Shown: piece after piece, positions 17,353 through 26,051 of the stretch
How positions within the stretch are numbered: the stretch's first letter is position 1
Layout of the letters: each line of letters opens with the position of its first letter
From: a virus
Lineage: Duplodnaviria > Caudoviricetes
Direction: 5' to 3' (one strand)
Virus record (IMG/VR): IMGVR_UViG_3300020414_002094
Span: 1-31,251 of that record
DNA: 31,251 bases
The notes under the pieces: model-generated
Told to the model about the DNA's origin: nothing
Seen by the model: only the letters and a program-made list of their open reading frames with translations
The model's database searches: none
Translations under genes and position numbers: made by a program

Positions 17353-18420
17353 TTATACCTGATAACGGAGAATGATAATACCGTTGCCTCCATCCTTTCC
17401 AGCACCATTATGCGATCCTCCACCACCACCAGTTCCATAAACACCATCCCCATCTGCATCAGGGACAGATGGACCACCCTGTCCACCACCTCCAGGACCA
17501 CCCGCACTGTTGCCCGGAATACCTTCACTTGATCCACCACCACCTCCACCAAAAAGTCCAGTAGGACCAACAGCACTTGTAAATGCACTTTGTTGCGGTG
17601 ATGGGATGCCAGGTGAAATTACAGGTGCAGGGAAACCAGTAAATGGTTGTCCAGGTCCACCATTACCATTTGCACTTGGGGTTTTGTTAGTACCAGCACC
17701 ACCAGCACCACCACCACCTCCAGCAGTAAAGTTTGCCGTATGGGCATCACCACCAATATTGCCGTAATGTACTACACCTACACCAAAGTTTGGTTGACTA
17801 GGTTGACCTGCTGGAACAGAAGCGATGCCATTTGGACTTTTGCCTGGATAAGTATATCTTCCACCTGCCGATGATCCACCTGGATACACATTAGAAGGAA
17901 CTGGAGTAGCTACCTCATAGTTAGGAGTCTCGTTTGCAGGACCACCACCACCAAGTCCTGTAATTGTTCCTACTGGGTGAGTGAATGTACTGTTTGTTCC
18001 CCTAGTGGGATTGCCACTAGGATGTCCTGGGTAATTAAAAGTAGAAGATCCTTGACCACCAGGTCCTACAGTTATGGCATGTGCTCCCGCACTGACTGGT
18101 AAGGCTGGTACATATGCAATGCCACCAGCACCACCGCCGCCACCATTATCAAATGCTGCAGCACCACCACCACCAACGACCAAAAGTTCAATATCTGCAG
18201 TTCCAGAGGTAACTGTAAAGTTTCTTGTTGGTGATGGAGTATCGGTTGTATAGATGTGATACTTATATCCACCATCGGTGTTAGTTGTTCCACCCGTTGC
18301 TTCAAACCCAGCTGTAAATCTACTACTCTGAACATCACCTCTTAGTGATAAGTCAGTATCTTTACTAACACCAAAAAGTTTTCCTACAGTTCTTGCGAGT
18401 GATGATTTGATTGGAGCCAT
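17353..18420 (-). CDS. Gly/Pro-rich adhesin-like virion protein (class I)
   Basis: MAPIKSS leader, GGYKYHIY, LLVVGGGG, GPTGLFGGGGGG and GGNGIIILRY. Confidence 0.8.
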   Translation of the reverse strand: MAPIKSSLARTVGKLFGVSKDTDLSLRGDVQSSRFTAGFEATGGTTNTDGGYKYHIYTTDTPSPTRNFTVTSGTADIELLVVGGGGAAAFDNGGGGGAGGIAYVPALPVSAGAHAITVGPGGQGSSTFNYPGHPSGNPTRGTNSTFTHPVGTITGLGGGGPANETPNYEVATPVPSNVYPGGSSAGGRYTYPGKSPNGIASVPAGQPSQPNFGVGVVHYGNIGGDAHTANFTAGGGGGAGGAGTNKTPSANGNGGPGQPFTGFPAPVISPGIPSPQQSAFTSAVGPTGLFGGGGGGSSEGIPGNSAGGPGGGGQGGPSVPDADGDGVYGTGGGGGSHNGAGKDGGNGIIILRYQV

Positions 18421-18423
18421 GTA

Positions 18424-18786
18424 TCAAGCCTCCTTGTCGCCAGTAATCAAAAAGTTAATGTGAGTCGCTGCGATCCCTGTGTAATTTCCTGTTCCAACTT
18501 GCAGACTGTCACCAGTCGTATCTAACACAAGAGGATATGATGGTTCAAGCAATACAGTTTCTCCTGCATTTACATCAACATCAAAGATTTTATTGGTTGA
18601 TGCGCTACTGACACCTACAGGACAGAAATAAACTTGTGCCGTCCCAGTATTGATTCCAGTTCCAGCAGCGTGACAAACAATAGATTTTATGTACACCTTC
18701 TTAGAAGATGCACAGGTGATAATGCCAACAGTCGTTCCTGCTGCTACATTCACCACATTGCTAAGTTTTCCCCTTTCCAGTGCCAT
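18424..18786 (-). CDS. small beta-rich adaptor-like virion protein
   Basis: IKSIVCH...DVNAGETVLL...LVL..GDSLQ pattern shared with 27529 and 29038. Confidence 0.75.
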   Translation of the reverse strand: MALERGKLSNVVNVAAGTTVGIITCASSKKVYIKSIVCHAAGTGINTGTAQVYFCPVGVSSASTNKIFDVDVNAGETVLLEPSYPLVLDTTGDSLQVGTGNYTGIAATHINFLITGDKEA

Positions 18787-18802
18787 GACTTTCTTTTTTA
18801 GT

Positions 18803-18810
18803 TATTTAGT
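18803..18810 (-). promoter_or_regulatory. T4-type late promoter variant ACTAAATA
   Basis: Followed by ACTAAAAA, as at other late promoters here; upstream of ATG 18786. Confidence 0.6.
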
Positions 18811-18818
18811 AAAATAGA

Positions 18819-19166
18819 TCAACCGTATAACCAAGTGTCTAACGTGCTATCAATACCCGTAAGACTTGATCCATCTCCACGATAGGATGAAGCAGTAATA
18901 ATTCCTGCTGTTGTATAACTGCCGTCAGCAGCAAAAGTGCCAGCAACACCAGCAGAGGGTCCTATTTTGATACCTTGTCTAGCAGTGACGATACCAACAG
19001 AGTCAATATTCGTGACATCTTCATAAGTAAGTGTTCCACTGACACTAACATTTCCACTAAAATCACCTGTCGTTGCCGTAACAACACCAGTAACTACCGC
19101 ACCGCCAGGAAGTCCAAGTGCTCCACCAGTCCTATTTTTGATATTGTCAACGAATAGTTGCGACAT
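18819..19166 (-). CDS. minimal fibre-like linker protein
   Basis: MSQLFVDNI N-terminus, YEDVTNIDSVGIVTAR and GDGSSLTGI, ending DTWLYG. Confidence 0.8.
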   Translation of the reverse strand: MSQLFVDNIKNRTGGALGLPGGAVVTGVVTATTGDFSGNVSVSGTLTYEDVTNIDSVGIVTARQGIKIGPSAGVAGTFAADGSYTTAGIITASSYRGDGSSLTGIDSTLDTWLYG

Positions 19167-19185
19167 CTTATTGATTCTTTCTAGT

Positions 19186-19193
19186 TATTTATA
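19186..19193 (-). promoter_or_regulatory. T4-type late promoter TATAAATA
   Basis: Exact consensus; 17 nt at 19177-19193 are identical to 4408-4424. Confidence 0.8.
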
Positions 19194-19209
19194 ATGATGT
19201 CAAATATTA

Positions 19210-20238
19210 TTATACTGAGTACCTAATCACCACAATACCTTTGCCGCCAGGTGAGCCATTTCTCCCTTGTCCTGGTCCAGATCCACCTCCTCCACCACCG
19301 CTACCAGAATAATCAGTGCCAGATTGAGAATCAATCATAGGTGGGTGACTTGGTGATCCTACACCACCGTTACCACCACCACCAGATCCTCCTGGTGCTG
19401 GAGATCCTGGATTACTAGGTCTACCATGTCCACCACCACCGCCTCCAGCAAAATAAGCATTTAAAGGATTAAGTGCAGGGAGTCCAATCAAAGGACCACT
19501 AAATTGTGGGAATTGTCTGCCAGCACCACCTGGCGCACTTCCAGGAGAAGGAACACTACCAGTACCGCCACCACCGGCACCGCCGCCGCCACCACCGATC
19601 ATATTTTGTCCATCTTGAGAATTTGGTGGTCCATTACCTCCAGGATTTCCATATTCGCTTGCCCCTGGATTTGGAAATGGGTTATATGAACTTCCTCCAG
19701 GTTGATTAGTGCCTCCATTATAATGTCGTGATGCGCCACCACCAGATCCACCAGGTTGTCCATGCCCTTGTCCCCCCGGAGGACTTCCATCAGGACCATC
19801 ATTAAGATTGCTATCCATACTAGCACCGCATCCACCACCAGTAGCAGTGTAAGTGACTGGAAATGCAATAGAGGAGTTTCCACCACCAGTTTGACCTGGT
19901 GTCCCATTGCCACCATCTCCCACAGTTACAGTATATTCTCCTACAGTTGCAGAGAATCCTGGATGATGAACAACACTACCTGCACCGCCACCGCCGCCTC
20001 CAGATGAACCACCACCACCGCCACCGCCGATGATCATGAATTCAACTGTTAAATCACTACCTACTGTAAAAGTGCCTGGATTTATAAATGTATGATATGC
20101 GTATCCGTTTCCTGGTTCCAATGCATCTATATCACCACCAGAGGTAGCAAGAGCACCACCAACTAACTTACTTCCAATTCCTCCTCCCATTCCAAGCATA
20201 CTTAGGATTGGAGATTCTTTTTTATGCCAGTTAAACAT
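19210..20238 (-). CDS. Gly/Pro-rich adhesin-like virion protein (class I)
   Basis: KESPILSMLGMGGG leader, PGNGYAYHTF and GGKGIVVIRY; RBS GAGG. Confidence 0.8.
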   Translation of the reverse strand: MFNWHKKESPILSMLGMGGGIGSKLVGGALATSGGDIDALEPGNGYAYHTFINPGTFTVGSDLTVEFMIIGGGGGGGSSGGGGGGAGSVVHHPGFSATVGEYTVTVGDGGNGTPGQTGGGNSSIAFPVTYTATGGGCGASMDSNLNDGPDGSPPGGQGHGQPGGSGGGASRHYNGGTNQPGGSSYNPFPNPGASEYGNPGGNGPPNSQDGQNMIGGGGGGAGGGGTGSVPSPGSAPGGAGRQFPQFSGPLIGLPALNPLNAYFAGGGGGGHGRPSNPGSPAPGGSGGGGNGGVGSPSHPPMIDSQSGTDYSGSGGGGGGSGPGQGRNGSPGGKGIVVIRYSV

Positions 20239-20250
20239 AACTACCTCTCA

Positions 20251-21024
20251 TCAAGCAAAGTTAGAAGCATTTGCAAGGACATCAAAAGTTCCATCACCAG
20301 TTTTGATGATTTGATATGAGTTAGCGTCAACTCCAGATGCATTTGCAGCTGCAGGCGCTTCACCGCCATTCCAATATGTCGTAATACCTGTCAACTTATC
20401 ATCAATAGAGAATCTTGGGAAGTAACCAGCGTTATTTGGTTTACTCATAACTGTGACAGAGATAGTCTCTCCAGTTGCTAATTCTGTGTTAATGCCGACC
20501 GTGCTGAAAACATTTGGGTTTGCAGTAGTGGTTTCATTAGTCGTATAATAATGAACCATACCATTATCAAGATTGATATTTGGTGCAGCACTAAGTTTAT
20601 TTGCAACAATATTTACATTCTCAATCAAGACGGCGTTAAAGTCTGCTCCGTTATGGAATGTAGCAATACCAGCGACAGTAACTCCAGCACCTAATACTCT
20701 GACACCTGCCCTTGCAGTAACAATACCAATCGAATCTATATTGGTTACATCTTCATAGTTAAGAGTACCACTAATGTTAACATCCCCACTAAAGGTGGCA
20801 CCTACACCAGTGACATTTCTGACCGTAATATCTGGAGTTCCACTCAGTCCTGTTGCAGCACCAGTTAAAGCACCGGTGAACGTAGTTGCTGTAACTGCAG
20901 TTCCAGTTAAGTTACCACTGAAATGAGTTGCAGTTGCTACACCTGTAACAATAGCACCTTTACCAAACCCAGGTGCGCCATTATCTCCCTTATTTACAAT
21001 GTCATCAACTTGTAACTTTGACAT
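20251..21024 (-). CDS. short fibre-like carrier protein
   Basis: MSKLQVDDI N-terminus, YEDVTNIDSIGIVTAR module and KLS..PNINLDNGMVH C-terminal domain. Confidence 0.8.
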   Translation of the reverse strand: MSKLQVDDIVNKGDNGAPGFGKGAIVTGVATATHFSGNLTGTAVTATTFTGALTGAATGLSGTPDITVRNVTGVGATFSGDVNISGTLNYEDVTNIDSIGIVTARAGVRVLGAGVTVAGIATFHNGADFNAVLIENVNIVANKLSAAPNINLDNGMVHYYTTNETTTANPNVFSTVGINTELATGETISVTVMSKPNNAGYFPRFSIDDKLTGITTYWNGGEAPAAANASGVDANSYQIIKTGDGTFDVLANASNFA

Positions 21025-21041
21025 GACCGTATGTTTTTAGT

Positions 21042-21049
21042 TATTTATC
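21042..21049 (-). promoter_or_regulatory. T4-type late promoter GATAAATA
   Basis: GATAAATAACTAAAAA upstream of ATG 21024. Confidence 0.7.
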
Positions 21050-22055
21050 AGTTTGCATAGCGTATATAAACAGCGCCCGTTCCACCAGTACCGTTTGCGG
21101 CGCATCCTCCACCAGTATAGTTTACTCCTGGACCAGGGTCATATCCTGGACCTCCTCCTGAAGATCCTCCACCTCCAGGACCACCACTACCACCACCTCC
21201 ACCAGCACCACCACCAGCATGTAATCCAGTCGGACCTAATGCATCTCTCCATGCAGTTCCGACTGTTGATTGCACTGGAGATGGTAAAAGTGGATACATA
21301 CCAGGACCAGGAAGAGCAGGGAAAGCTTTACCAGCACCACCATCACCACCACCATTAGCAGATCCTGCTCCTGGAGTTGCATTAGATCCAGCACCACCGG
21401 CACCACCGCCGCCACCACCAGATGCAGTGTTGGGATTTGATGGTAAACCAGATCCTCCTGCATTACCATTTCCAGGTCCGGGTCCAGGGTTTCGGGAACC
21501 TGGTCCATATCCTCCACCACCTCCGTTGGAGTTATTTCCTGTACCAGATGAACCATGAGGAGATCCACCACCTTCACCATTACCAGCACCGTGTCCTCCC
21601 CCACCTCCAGTTTTTGTACCACCTGGAAATGCGACACTGGAAGCTATACCATTGTTATAAGGTCCTGCTCCTCCACTTGGAGATCCACCAGAGCCACTTG
21701 CTCCTCCAGTCCCAACTGTTACTGGGTATGTTCCTGGGGCGACTGCTCCACTTGGACCTGGTTCAGCATTGGGAACTGGTGAAAAATTATGAGTGACACC
21801 GCCAGCACCACCTCCACCAAATCCTCCACCACCGCCGCCTCCGCCGACGATTAAGTACTCTGTGTCAGCAGATCCACTTTCAACAACTAAACTTCCTGAA
21901 GAAGTAAAAAGGTGATATGTATATCCACTTAATACAAATTTAGTTCCACCAGAGGCAGAAAAAGCAGAAGAACCACTTTTAAAACGTGCAAAACCTCCAC
22001 CCATACCAGACATCCCAGTCATGGGTTTTTCTTTTTTAAAAAACTTATCAATCAT
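21048..22055 (-). CDS. Gly/Pro-rich adhesin-like virion protein (class I)
   Basis: KEKPMTGMSGMGGG leader, GYTYHLFTSSGSL, GPTGLHAGGG and GTGAVYIRY; RBS GGAG. Confidence 0.8.
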   Translation of the reverse strand: MIDKFFKKEKPMTGMSGMGGGFARFKSGSSAFSASGGTKFVLSGYTYHLFTSSGSLVVESGSADTEYLIVGGGGGGGGFGGGGAGGVTHNFSPVPNAEPGPSGAVAPGTYPVTVGTGGASGSGGSPSGGAGPYNNGIASSVAFPGGTKTGGGGGHGAGNGEGGGSPHGSSGTGNNSNGGGGGYGPGSRNPGPGPGNGNAGGSGLPSNPNTASGGGGGGAGGAGSNATPGAGSANGGGDGGAGKAFPALPGPGMYPLLPSPVQSTVGTAWRDALGPTGLHAGGGAGGGGGSGGPGGGGSSGGGPGYDPGPGVNYTGGGCAANGTGGTGAVYIRYAN

Positions 22056-22067
22056 CAGTCAATCTCC

Positions 22068-22871
22068 TCAAGAGGTTGCAGTGTAGTTAGCTACTACCGT
22101 GAAAGTTGCATCAGCAGTCTTGATGATTGTGTAGTTGTAAATATCAACACCCGAAGATCCACCTGAAGATGGTGCAGAACCACCAACCCAGTTTTCAGTA
22201 ACAGCACTACCATCAATCGTTAACTGCGCTGAATAACCTGCTGCAGCTGCAGTAGTAATAATAGTAACGGCAATAGTATCTCCAATTGCCATTACGGAGT
22301 TCAACGATGTTGATGAATTAATTCTGAGGTTTGGTGTCGATGTGGTGGATTCTGCTGTAGTGAACAGATGAACCATTCCATTTTCTAAATCAATATTGGC
22401 ATTATCACTTAACTTACCAGCAGTGACCTTTGCTCTTTCAAGTAGTTCTCCATTGTTGAAATGAATACCCCCATTGGAAGTAATACGAAATCTCTCATCT
22501 CCGTCTGTTGATACCGTAAATGTTCCTGCAGCAGGAAACCTAATCGAAGTATCAGTGTCTCCAGTGTGAATAATCGAATCTGCAATCGATACATTACTTC
22601 TTGCAGTAATAATACCAATAGAGTCAATATTAGTTACATCTTCATAATTTAATGTACCACTAACATTTAAATCACCACTAAAAGTTCCAGCAACGCCAGT
22701 GACATTTCTTACAGTGACATCTGGAGTACCAGAGAGTCCTGTTGCAGTTCCAGTTAAGTTACCACTAAAACTTGTAGAAGTAGTTACACCAGTGACTACA
22801 ACTCCATCTGGCATTGCAGGTGCAACACCGTTATTCCTTCCTTTTATATTAGTTGCTCTAAGTGTTGACAT
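22068..22871 (-). CDS. short fibre-like carrier protein
   Basis: MSTLRATNI N-terminus; YEDVTNIDS, HTGDTDT.IRFP and ERFRITSNG fibre motifs; C-terminal domain very similar to that of 3158. Confidence 0.8.
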   Translation of the reverse strand: MSTLRATNIKGRNNGVAPAMPDGVVVTGVTTSTSFSGNLTGTATGLSGTPDVTVRNVTGVAGTFSGDLNVSGTLNYEDVTNIDSIGIITARSNVSIADSIIHTGDTDTSIRFPAAGTFTVSTDGDERFRITSNGGIHFNNGELLERAKVTAGKLSDNANIDLENGMVHLFTTAESTTSTPNLRINSSTSLNSVMAIGDTIAVTIITTAAAAGYSAQLTIDGSAVTENWVGGSAPSSGGSSGVDIYNYTIIKTADATFTVVANYTATS

Positions 22872-23584
22872 CAGAGATCTCCGATTTGAAGTACGTCAAT
22901 GATCATAGTTTTACCTGCTCCAACTGTCACAGCAACGCCAGAGTTAATCTCAATGTTAGGAACAACACTAACAATAATAGAAGTGCTGACACCTGCATTT
23001 TCATCATTAAGCAGCATGTCTTCACTTACTTGCGTAAATCTATCAATATAACTGAATGGAGATGCAGTTCCATTTGAATAGTTAATAGCAGTTCCTAATC
23101 CACCGCCACCACTACCAGAGATGGCAACGTCAATAGTGCCGTCACCTTTATCAAGGAAAGTATTTCCAGTTCCAACAAAGTTTAAAGTTTTTGCGGTTCC
23201 AACAGCGGTGCCTGCTGACTGAATACCTATGGTTGATCCAGTTACAGATGTAAGACCTACAATCGTCCCACTGACAGTTAAATCACCATTAATCGTTTGT
23301 GCTGCTGCATTAGCTTGAAGTGCATCAGCAACTCTGAAGGTATCAAAAACTTCAAATAAAACCGTGTCACCAACGTTAGCAGCGTTGTTTAAGGTTACTG
23401 TAGAACCATCATTGGCAGTAAAGTCCGAACTCTGTGAAAGTTGAACACCATTACGAAATACTGCAAGTTGATTAATGCGATAACCGCCAGTAACCGTAAA
23501 AGCAGTTTGTCCTGCGGTTGCAGTTACCGTAATAATCTTAGATGCAACGTTATTTGTTAATGTTATAGGATTGCCTATTGCCAT
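22871..23584 (-). CDS. fibre/branch protein with N-terminal ATAGQT.F..Y...V..NGV domain
   Basis: N-domain resembles that of 27941; C-terminal GLGTA...NIEINSGVAVTVG domain resembles 3995. Confidence 0.75.
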   Translation of the reverse strand: MAIGNPITLTNNVASKIITVTATAGQTAFTVTGGYRINQLAVFRNGVQLSQSSDFTANDGSTVTLNNAANVGDTVLFEVFDTFRVADALQANAAAQTINGDLTVSGTIVGLTSVTGSTIGIQSAGTAVGTAKTLNFVGTGNTFLDKGDGTIDVAISGSGGGGLGTAINYSNGTASPFSYIDRFTQVSEDMLLNDENAGVSTSIIVSVVPNIEINSGVAVTVGAGKTMIIDVLQIGDL

Positions 23585-23602
23585 CGCATTTTATTTTTTA
23601 GT

Positions 23603-23610
23603 TATTTATA
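23603..23610 (-). promoter_or_regulatory. T4-type late promoter TATAAATA
   Basis: Exact consensus upstream of ATG 23584. Confidence 0.8.
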
Positions 23611-23613
23611 TTC

Positions 23614-24180
23614 TTAAAGAGTGTAGTATCTATATGGCGTATGAGATTCAATCCATAATGTTGATTCGTCAAAGTGAATATCCATGGCAACACTAATCCG
23701 AATATCTTTACTATTGTTTGGATGAACACAATGCATTGTTCTGGCATCAAACAAAGACATCTGACCATATCGGTTATTAAATTTTTTGATTTTACCATTC
23801 AAATTGTAGTATGTCCCAATGGATCTATCTCCAGAAATAAAAATATTTGCAGAAAGGAAATTGTTATCTTTATGGTGTGTATTATGTTTATGCCACTTAA
23901 TCCCTTCGTTATCTCTAAAAGTATTTGCCCAACACTGAACTATTACATTTTCAGGGTAGTTATATTTTCTAAGAGTCTTTTTTAATTTTGGAGCAAAAAT
24001 ATCTCTAAACTCTGTCTCATAAAAAAAGTTAAAGAAAGGGTGTCTACCTGTAAGTGAATCGTCCGATGTTCCCCAATAAACATCAGGTCCCATGGATTTA
24101 ATACTTTTTTCTTTACTTAAAATGAGTGATTTTATAATCTCACATTCTTTTCTAGATAAAAAAATAAATCTTTTAAACAT
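23614..24180 (-). CDS. 2OG-Fe(II) oxygenase-like (HxH, QCWAN subfamily)
   Basis: VQCWANTFRDNEGIKWHKH, H.V.PN and RISVAMD. Confidence 0.75.
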   Translation of the reverse strand: MFKRFIFLSRKECEIIKSLILSKEKSIKSMGPDVYWGTSDDSLTGRHPFFNFFYETEFRDIFAPKLKKTLRKYNYPENVIVQCWANTFRDNEGIKWHKHNTHHKDNNFLSANIFISGDRSIGTYYNLNGKIKKFNNRYGQMSLFDARTMHCVHPNNSKDIRISVAMDIHFDESTLWIESHTPYRYYTL

Positions 24181-25333
24181 TTATAATATCTCTTCTAGTT
24201 TTTCCTGTCATTCCACAATGAACGTGCAGATTATCCTCTCCTAAGAAACATGCCAACTGTGAATAATTTTTATTATAACAAATATCATTCCTAATACATT
24301 CCTCAAACGTGGAAATATCTCCATGTATGGGTAACTTATCTATTAACTTTTTCGCATTTCTTTGAGTATCTTTCCAGAAATCTGATTTAAATTTTGATCC
24401 ATAAGAATAATGAAATGCCACAAGTTCTTGATAGGCAATAATCTTCTCTAAGTATTCCTTATTTGTATCTGCATTGTTTAAGTAATTCATGTCGGTTGCA
24501 TATGAACATACCATCTCAGCAAATATGACATAATAATGTAAAGAAAGAGCCTGTAACGGTTCTATAAAGAATAAACAATTTCCATTAAGGGATTGCCTTC
24601 TCGAAATAAGAATTTTATTAGAAAATCTTTGTTCCCATTCTAAGACGGTCACATTTTCCTTATGTATGGTATTTTTTGCTTCCTCTACACTTTGATAATT
24701 TCTGTTGAACAGATAACCTTGCCTCGATAAGTTTTGTTCAGGAAAAGGAAGTTCAAATTGCCACCCGTTTTCATGTGCTCTATGCACGGTGTATGAATAG
24801 TCCTCAATATAATTGTCATTATACACCAATGCTGAGTTGACAGTTTCAAATATCGCTTTTCTATATTCTAAATTCAACCCATCCCAACCTGTACAGTGAG
24901 AGACAAATTCAAATTTTCTATCAGCAATTATTACACCATCCTCAACCTCATTGACAGTGCTGACATTCATGTCAACATACTCAACCCCGCAGGAACTTAA
25001 GATATTGTGTATGTATTGATTAAATTTCTTGGTTAAAAAATGTGCAGCAAGGGGAGTATCACTAAAAAAATGATGGCGAAATGATGGTTGACTACCCCAA
25101 TTTATAAACTTAATTCCATTTTTAAAAGAGACAATGCCATCATCAAGCATATCACCGATAGAAATTCTACAAACATCTTGAACTAATTTGGTTACTATTG
25201 GAGTTGTTGATTCTCCAACACAAATTTCTGGGATAGAGGAATCATAAAATATTGTTACTCTGTGCCCGTATTTTATGAAGGTAAGTGCTTGTATGATCGC
25301 ACCAGTTCCCTTACCGATGATTGCAATATTCAT
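24173..25333 (-). CDS. tryptophan halogenase (PrnA)-family flavoprotein, short and divergent
   Basis: IAIIGKGTGA Rossmann motif, VGESTTP, K.GIKFINW, GWQFELP (variant of WxWxIP) and GN...FIEPLQA. Confidence 0.85.
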   Translation of the reverse strand: MNIAIIGKGTGAIIQALTFIKYGHRVTIFYDSSIPEICVGESTTPIVTKLVQDVCRISIGDMLDDGIVSFKNGIKFINWGSQPSFRHHFFSDTPLAAHFLTKKFNQYIHNILSSCGVEYVDMNVSTVNEVEDGVIIADRKFEFVSHCTGWDGLNLEYRKAIFETVNSALVYNDNYIEDYSYTVHRAHENGWQFELPFPEQNLSRQGYLFNRNYQSVEEAKNTIHKENVTVLEWEQRFSNKILISRRQSLNGNCLFFIEPLQALSLHYYVIFAEMVCSYATDMNYLNNADTNKEYLEKIIAYQELVAFHYSYGSKFKSDFWKDTQRNAKKLIDKLPIHGDISTFEECIRNDICYNKNYSQLACFLGEDNLHVHCGMTGKTRRDIINV

Positions 25334-25383
25334 ACTTTTATACTATACTTCTACAATATACCACAAAAACTATATGGAGCCAA
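25321..25383. promoter_or_regulatory. candidate overlapping divergent sigma70-like promoters
   Basis: Plus strand TTGCAA-17-TATACT (25321-25349); minus strand TTGGCT-17-TATATT with TGn (25383-25355). The AT-rich context lowers significance. Confidence 0.4.
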
Positions 25384-26051
25384 TACAATATGAAAGTTTG
25401 TTCCCAACTCCATTATTCAGAACAAAATTATATCCAGATGACCTTGAGTTGTTGAAAGATGACATAGTTAATAATCACAAAGAGTATGTGAGTAGTGGAA
25501 ATGTCAATGAAGAAATGCTTGCCGATGGGGAAAATGCTTTTACTGGTCTACAATACAATGAAAAATATTCTTCATTTATGGGAAGAATAAATGAAATCGT
25601 AAGTCATACCCTTAAACAAGTATATTGCTACGATGACGATATAGAACCATACGTTTGTGATATGTGGAGTACTTGCTGCTGTCCAGGAGAAAGTGGAGAG
25701 GGGCATTATCATTGTAACAGTCAGTTCAGTGGCACTTTTTATCCCTTTGATGAAACTCCATCAGAAATTAGTTTTTATTCTCCAAACCACGAAAAAAACT
25801 CACTAAACATTAATGGAAATGTTAGTGAGTGGAATCCTTTAAATTGTACTCAATATACTATTAAACCAGAAAAATGTGATTTGATATTTTTTCCAAGTTA
25901 TTTAAAACATAAAGTTCAACAGAATAAAACAAATATCGTCAGATATTCATTAGCTTTTAATGTATATCTTAAAGGAAACTTAAAAGCAAAAACAGGTACT
26001 TTATATTTACCCGGTCCTTATAATAACGATACCGTTTCCTCCGTCCTTTGA
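25374..26051 (+). CDS. 2OG-Fe(II) oxygenase-like, TIGR02466 type; the only plus-strand gene
   Basis: LFPTPLF, MW...HYHCNSQFSGTFY, FPSYLKHKV and RYSLAFN; ATG 25374 avoids overlap with the halogenase start. Confidence 0.85.
   Translation: MEPIQYESLFPTPLFRTKLYPDDLELLKDDIVNNHKEYVSSGNVNEEMLADGENAFTGLQYNEKYSSFMGRINEIVSHTLKQVYCYDDDIEPYVCDMWSTCCCPGESGEGHYHCNSQFSGTFYPFDETPSEISFYSPNHEKNSLNINGNVSEWNPLNCTQYTIKPEKCDLIFFPSYLKHKVQQNKTNIVRYSLAFNVYLKGNLKAKTGTLYLPGPYNNDTVSSVL

Noticed and set aside
19186-19204. TTGACA near TATAAA on the minus strand as a sigma70 promoter
   Set aside because: The spacing is only about 4 nt; the site is better explained as a late promoter.
25275-25373. Longer N-terminus for the plus-strand oxygenase given by the ORF track
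   Set aside because: It overlaps the halogenase start in antisense; family similarity begins at MEPIQYESLFPTP (ATG 25374).
964-26051. Oxygenases and methyltransferase as a DNA base-modification (TET/JBP-type) cluster
   Set aside because: I recognised no TET/JBP or DNA methyltransferase motifs, and there are no nucleotide-metabolism neighbours; it cannot be fully excluded without HMM searches.
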